Shown: positions 1 through 64,000 of the stretch, in pieces
Layout of the letters: each line of letters starts with the position of its first letter
How positions within the stretch are numbered: position 1 is the first letter of the stretch
Assembly (NCBI RefSeq): GCF_009914755.1
Contig: NC_060939.1
Length of the DNA stretch: 64,000 nt
Strand: one strand, 5' to 3'
Origin: the human T2T-CHM13v2.0 reference genome, Homo sapiens
Notes under the pieces: generated by a model
What the model saw: the letters and a program-made list of their open reading frames with translations, nothing else
Told to the model about the DNA's origin: nothing
The model's database searches: none
Translations under genes and position numbers: made by a program

Positions 1-398
1 AGTCTCATAACTTCTTCTCGAAATGTAATGGGTTTTTCCTGTCAAAATGCAGCTGAATGACAGAATGAGTAAAGAAGGATGCTTATCAAATTCATAGGAT
101 CTATTACCTTGTCCTCTGTGCTTATATTAAGGGAACACCATAGGCACTGAGAGGGAAAAGATGTTATCCATCAATTCAGATGCAGGCAAAGAGAGGGACT
201 GAAATCTTCCTTTCATTCTTTAGACTGCCTTGGGGATTTGAGTCTAGATCAGGAAAAACAAGGAACAAACAGTGGCATAAATCCTAAAGTGAATTTCCTA
301 AGCTAACTGGACACAGAATAGTAGATGAATCTCACTATTGGAAGACTTTCTAAACAATACATTTATTGAGCCTCTTTCCGTTATATATCCTCAGGGGC

Positions 399-9238
<8,840 letters not shown>

Positions 9239-10300
9239 TAATAGCAGAATGCAGCTTCCCTTCGCTTAGGAGTCTGGGTTCCAGGGCTTACATCTATCTT
9301 CCCATGTCCTTGGAGAATCCCCTGCAGATGACTGTAAGAGGTGTTTCTTCCTAGGGCAGAGAAAGATGGCACTATCAGAAGGAATACATTCATATGTCTA
9401 AAGTCTTGCCAGAGCTGGCCTGCCTTTCCATGTGCTCCGAGTGGCCTTCTAAGGTAGCACAATCTTCAGTAAATAGACTTTGCAAAAACTGCTTTTCTGG
9501 TTGACTTCCAGGGCAGCCCCAGGAAGCAGCAGAGAATAAAAGTACTGTCTGCCCCTCTCCCACCTCCTCCAAATCCGATCCCATTTAACTTCCCTGGCCA
9601 ATGTTGCACAGTGAGTCCGAACCATATAGGAGAGCTGGAGTTCGAGAGGATCTAAAGACAAGTCACCATCCTGCTTGAAGGCAACAAAAAGCCTCTGTCC
9701 AGCTGGTCGCAGCTGATCTCCCCCAGTATCTCCGCAGTCCTTCCCGAGGCCTTCTGCGTCCGCCCCGCCCCCTCGGGCTGCACAACTCCCAAAGCCCACC
9801 CCAGGCAAAAATCACGTCCAGAATCTCGGGTCTTTGTTTTCCCCGCGTAGTAGTAGCCGCTCAGCAAGGATTAGGGAGCTACCTGTCGGAAAACCTCGCG
9901 CAAGGAGAGAAGCTGGTTTTGGCTCCAAAGCGAGGACCATGGGGGCTTGGGGAGAGTCACATTGGGCAGGAGAGACGGAATCCGAGGAGCAGTAGTAACG
10001 GGCTTCCTGAGGACGGGCTCGGGTGTCGGCCAGAGGCTCCAGGTGCTGCCGGTTCGCGGACGCAGAGCTCTCAGCCCAAGGAGCAGCGGCTGCGGGATTC
10101 TGGCCTCTTTTGTCTCCGCTCCCTCCGGCCGGGTAACCCGGAGCCGTCGTGCGGTCCCTCCAGAGGCCTCTGACCCGGCTAAGGCGCCCTGAGGGCGCCC
10201 TCCAGCCCACCCCTGGGAGCGTCTCCCTCTCGAGCTGCCCCTCAACCCCCTCGCATCCTTGCCTCCGGGCCAGCCTCACCCACTCGGGGTCCGACCCTGA

Positions 10301-10342
10301 CCCCGGCCCCGGCCCCGGCCCCGGCCCCGGCCCCGGCCCCGG
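10301..10342 (-). repeat. Hexanucleotide repeat (CCCCGG)7, i.e. GGGGCC-type on the - strand
   Basis: Seven perfect CCCCGG units read directly. Confidence 0.97.
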
Positions 10343-10372
10343 CTCTCCAGCCTCCCAAGTACAGCTCCCAAA

Positions 10373-10380
10373 CCGGAAGT
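10373..10380 (+). promoter_or_regulatory. ETS/GABPA motif CCGGAAGT
   Basis: Exact consensus match in the CpG island. Confidence 0.75.
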
Positions 10381-10407
10381 CCGAGCGGGCGGCTCGGGGC
10401 ACCGAGG

Positions 10408-10417
10408 GCGCATGCGC
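10408..10417. promoter_or_regulatory. NRF1 palindrome GCGCATGCGC
   Basis: Exact palindromic consensus. Confidence 0.8.
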
Positions 10418-10490
10418 GAGGGCAGCGACCGCGACTCAGTCTCCGCAGAGCCCGGGCGGGAGTAGCTGGTGGACCCCGTTGAGCTGCCGA

Positions 10491-10498
10491 ACTTCCGG
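10491..10498 (-). promoter_or_regulatory. ETS/GABPA motif (ACTTCCGG), opposite orientation
   Basis: Exact reverse-complement of the consensus. Confidence 0.7.
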
Positions 10499-10691
10499 GA
10501 CTCCCCCGCGACCCCTTCCCAGCTTCCCGTCCGCTCCGCCGCAGCGATTGTCTCGGTGGGTTGATTCGGCACAAACCGCCCGACCCAGGGGCCGGTGCGC
10601 GTGTGGAAGGGGAAGCACTCCCCTCGTGGTCGCCTGGAGGTGCGCTGGAGGAGGGGGTGACATAACCAGGGACTCGAGGTCCGCCGTGGGA

Positions 10692-44549
<33,858 letters not shown>

Positions 44550-44635
44550 AAATTTCTGGCTCATAAATTGAAATAACAGCCACGTTCCCAAGGTTGTAAC
44601 AGAAGATTCAAAACATCCCATTCTAGCCACACACA

Positions 44636-44641
44636 AATAAA
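44636..44641 (+). terminator. Candidate proximal polyadenylation signal of TUBGCP4 (AATAAA)
   Basis: AATAAA about 90 nt after the stop codon. Confidence 0.45.
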
Positions 44642-45079
44642 TATCTGCGGCTTAGTGATAGGACTCTACCTTTTCTCCTAGAAGCAGTTACTGAACATCC
44701 AGGAGTACAACTCCTTCCCATCATTCCCATGTGGAAGGGTCTCTCCCATCAAGGAGAACATGTGGCATCTCTGATCCTTTACATTGAGAACATTTGTTGG
44801 ATATGTTCATTTATTCAATAGTCATTTATTGAGCACCTACTACGTACCTTGGTACTGTTCAAGCTGTGGGAGATACAGCGGTAAACAAACAATATAGAGC
44901 AGAAAGTTAAATATTTTATGGTTCATATGTGAAAAAGTAATTATGTTTATAAATAGACTAACTGCTGGATGTTACCACCAAGTAAGAAAGCAACAGGTAA
45001 GATAGGCTTTCTCTCTCCCTATACCAAGTAATTTATACCTACACAGATTGGGCAATTCTAGCTAATGAAAATATACTTA

Positions 45080-45400
<321 letters not shown>

Positions 45401-45755
45401 GTATTATTCTCCAAGAAAAAGGTCCTTAAGAAAAAATTGAGATCAAGTTGTTAGATTTTTAAATACTGAAGATTGCAGGCCCAATTACCCATCTTACACA
45501 AACCATAGGGGTTGAAGTTATCTTAATATGGCCCAGCCATCACTGGTAATCAATATTCATATCAGTGTAAGTAAAAAGAAATATTCACTGAACAACGCCC
45601 TCCAAACTGAAAAAGAATGCAGTGTTCTGGCATCAGGTTATAGTCACTGCATCTGGTTTTCATCACTACATATTCTACACACACTGGGAAGCTCTGACAA
45701 CTTATTCCCTGCTATTATCAACTAAAGATCACCCTTTCTACTGCTGTCTCTGGAG

Positions 45756-45957
45756 CAGGAGCTGGCAAACTATGGCCTGCTGTCTGTTTTTGTACAGTTT
45801 TACTGAAACACAGCCATGCCCATTTGTTTACTCATTGTCTATGGTTGCTTTCATGCCCTCACAGCAAAGGCGAGTAGTTGTGATGGATCAAATGGCCCAC
45901 AAAGCCTGAAATATTTACTCTTTGACCCTTTACAGAAAAAAACCTTGTTGACCCCTG
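45756..45957 (+). mobile_element. MER58A-like hAT DNA transposon
   Basis: caggagctggcaaactatggcc...ggcccacaaagcctgaaatatttact...ttgttgacccctg; flanks ctctggag/ctttagag. Confidence 0.75.
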
Positions 45958-46404
45958 CTTTAGAGAATGAGAAGCCATGCAGGGATCAGTGATGCCAGAG
46001 GAAGGGAAGGAACTGCTTCCAGCTATTGTGACAATAATAATAATAATAATATTGGGTCTTTGACTAGAACGTGTAACATTTCCAGGTGTTCTCACTTGTG
46101 CTTCCCATGTTTATCTTACGGAAGGTCATTCCATCAAGCTTATGGTCACTGTCCCTTCATGGCAGTTGGTCCTTTCGTTCTCCCTTTAGCTCTAAGAGTT
46201 GGGGAGTACCCACAGGTGAGCTGTGATCTCAGCTCAGAGAGAGAGCATGAGGTCTTTTTTAACTGTCAGGAAACAGAGCTGTGCCCAATTCCACTCAACT
46301 TTTGGCACAACTGTTAATCTGGGCCTTCACCTACCTTAAACTGAGTTTCTGCAAGCATAGCATTTTAGACACCCTGGAATAACCTTTTGGGAATGATGCC
46401 ACAG

Positions 46405-46410
46405 AATAAA
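46405..46410 (+). terminator. Candidate distal polyadenylation signal of TUBGCP4 (AATAAA)
   Basis: AATAAA followed by U-rich sequence, just before the TP53BP1 3' end. Confidence 0.55.
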
Positions 46411-46573
46411 GTTCACTCTTAACTTTTCAATTTCCTTGGCCAGCTGTCCTCCGTAAGTGAATAAGCCTGTTGAAAGACTCAGAGAAAGTACTATGTCTTG
46501 TCATTTGTTCTGAGATTAAGCTCAAAAAAACAGATGAAGAAATCCCAGTTACTACAACCAAAGAGATTCAACA

Positions 46574-46579
46574 TTTATT
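46574..46579 (-). terminator. Proximal polyadenylation signal of TP53BP1 (AATAAA on -)
   Basis: TTTATT about 140 nt past the TP53BP1 stop, with a GU/U-rich downstream element on the - strand. Confidence 0.65.
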
Positions 46580-46717
46580 TTATCATAAAAGTTCAGCAAA
46601 TAAAACTATATACAAGATCCATGCAAGGAATCCAGTTACACACAAGACACATTTAAAACCTGGTTAAAACACAATCTCCACGATAGCAGGGAATAAAACC
46701 AGTAAGACCAAGTATCT

Positions 46718-61462
<14,745 letters not shown>

Positions 61463-62047
61463 CTGCAAGGAAAAAATAGATACAGAAGATAAAAGATGCC
61501 ATAATAACACAATGCTAATATGATGGTTGGAAAATCCTACAGATGGCACAAAATTATAATTCAAAAAGGTGAGAATCAGGAGACTTTCTGGAATAATGGG
61601 AATGTTCTGTATCTGTTTTGAGTAGTGGTTAGATAAAATTTTCAAAAGCCACTGAACTGAACATTTAGGATCTGTTCTTTTTTTTTTCTCCCCCAGGTGA
61701 TTCTGAGAAGAATTGTTCATTCTAATGGGACTATACTGTATCTCAATAAAATATAAAATAAACATGGTACTATATTGGTAAGAAAGAGTTTATCTTTTTA
61801 TTGGATAAGTTCACAACCTCTGGCTACCAGCAAAGATTCTAACCTAGACGACAGAAGTAAATTCTTATCTGAGAGAAGACAGGGAAGGAGGTAGGCAGGT
61901 GAGAGGAGAAAATGAGTGGTCAGGAGCCCTTCTAGGTACTTCATTAACAGTGGACAGCATTACATGTTTTGACATTGGTTATTTTACATTACCTTTCAAT
62001 AACTGATCAAGGCAATAGAAAAGTATATGCAAAAATAGGCTAAAAGG

Positions 62048-62350
62048 GGTCAGGTGTGGTGGCTCACGCCTGTAATCCCAGCACTTTGGGAGGCCAAGGC
62101 AGAAGGACTGCTTGAGTCCAGGAGCTTGAGACCACCTTAGGCAACATAGTGAGAACAGGTCTCCATATGAAAATAAAACTATTAGCCAGGCGTGGGAGTG
62201 CACACCTGTAGTCCCAGCTACTTGGGAGGCTGAGGTGGGAGGATCACTTGAGCTTGGAAGTCAAGGCTGCAGTGAGCCGGGATCATGCCACTGTACTCCA
62301 GCCTAGGTAATAGCATGAGACCCTGTCTCAACAACAACAACAACAAAAAA
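62048..62350 (+). mobile_element. AluJ
   Basis: Alu consensus, (CAA)n tail, TSD aggctaaaa. Confidence 0.86.
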
Positions 62351-62641
62351 GGCTAAAATAGTATTACCATTTGGAAAAATGAAGGACAAAAAGGTTATAA
62401 GTATCTATAGACTACAAGAAAGTCAAACTGGCTTTATCTCGGATGCCTACTTTGATAAATTGGTAGTAGCTGCCTGGTGCTCAGTTTTAAGAAGCCTTCT
62501 GGAGGCTAAATCCCAGACTTAGTGGGAAAAGATTCTAAGACCAATCAGCAATGTTCGCTATGGGCACAGCATAGAGAAATTATAGCATGAGTATGACACA
62601 TCTGCCTTCCTAGTCTAGAATGTTCACGCAATATTATGTTA

Positions 62642-63008
<367 letters not shown>

Positions 63009-63789
63009 TCCCCATGGGGAGACTGTATATAATGACACACATACATATACATTTAGATAATACTATAAAATGATGAAATAATTATCTCTGATCCCTCCCT
63101 TCTTGAAAATCTCTCCTCCTTTAAAATCCATAAAAGTACTTTTCTCTTTCTTTCAGTCTACCTTTTTGGCTACTTCTATTTATGCTTCTTTGGGTTCCTC
63201 TTTCTCTGTGTGTTCCTTTAAAATCGGTATTTCCCAGGACTCTGTTTTTATTCCTTTTCTCACTCTCACATGCTTTCCCTGGTCAGTCTCACCACACTCA
63301 TCCTTACCTCGCTACCAAGAATACAATGATGACTCAGCTTATACAAATTTCTACTAGTCTTCCCCTTGGATTTACCACAAACACCTGAAATTCAACAGAT
63401 CCAAAACAATCTGTGATCTTCCCTCCATTTCTCTGCCTTCAATGAATAAATCCTAGATATCCCCAGTGCATCTCACATCTCCTACAGCTCTTTCTAGCAG
63501 AGACTGGTTTCTTTCAGCCGAACCTCCATTCAAGAATTTTGAGATGAGATACCTCCTTGCTCCCCACTGCCATTTACAGACCATTTCTATTTCCCCACCT
63601 CCTCTCCTTCAAAACCACTATTTGCCACTTTCTTAAAACTATCTTCACCCCTTCCCTAGTTGTTATCCACTAACATTCTCCAAATCACCCTCTCTCATGC
63701 ATGAAGACCTTAGCTTCATAACCTCTCTACCTTCCCCATTCCTACTTCTGTCATCATTCTCAGTGGCCTATTTTAACTAGATACACTTG

Positions 63790-63930
63790 TGTTTTCACAT
63801 CTGCAAAATGAGAATAATAACTGGATCTATCACAGAATAGTTGTTAAGAATTAAATAATTCACTAAAGTGCTTAGAATAATGCCTGGCACATAGTATGTG
63901 CTCAATAAACGCTAGTCACTATCATTATTT
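63790..63930 (+). mobile_element. MIR
   Basis: catctgcaaaatgagaataataa...aaagtgcttagaataatgcctggcacatag...ctcaataaac. Confidence 0.7.
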
Positions 63931-64000
63931 AAGTTTAGTAGTGCTTCCCAAACTATCTTCCATAGGGAAAAAACAGGTATTACTTTAAAAAATGCTAATG

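Overview
Human (primate) genomic DNA, recognisable from the encoded proteins as the ZSCAN29-TUBGCP4-TP53BP1 cluster (15q15.3). ZSCAN29 (- strand) has five coding exons giving 852 aa: SCAN, an orphan KRAB-B remnant, two Myb/SANT-like domains and six C2H2 fingers. It is head-to-head with TUBGCP4 across a CpG-island bidirectional promoter with ETS/GABP and NRF1 sites. TUBGCP4 (+ strand) has 18 exons giving 666/667 aa and is tail-to-tail with the last 10 exons of TP53BP1 (- strand; GAR, tandem Tudor, UDR, NLS, BRCT). I placed all splice junctions by hand and the frames close exactly. The introns are rich in Alu, L1, L2, MIR, MaLR and MER elements and include a 7SL pseudogene; repeat boundaries are approximate. 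The most notable observation is a C9orf72-type GGGGCC repeat (7 CCCCGG units) in the shared promoter/ZSCAN29 leader. It has a CUG 24 nt upstream in the poly-GA frame, and a predicted spliced uORF whose stop overlaps the ZSCAN29 start (TAATG). Other observations: a perfect 33-bp tandem duplication of a CTCF-like site, a young AluYa5, a 7SL-Alu chimera, an L1 with a micro-inversion nested in an Alu, and potential antisense overlap of the TUBGCP4 and TP53BP1 3' ends. No prokaryotic-type system, CRISPR array, tRNA or rRNA was seen.
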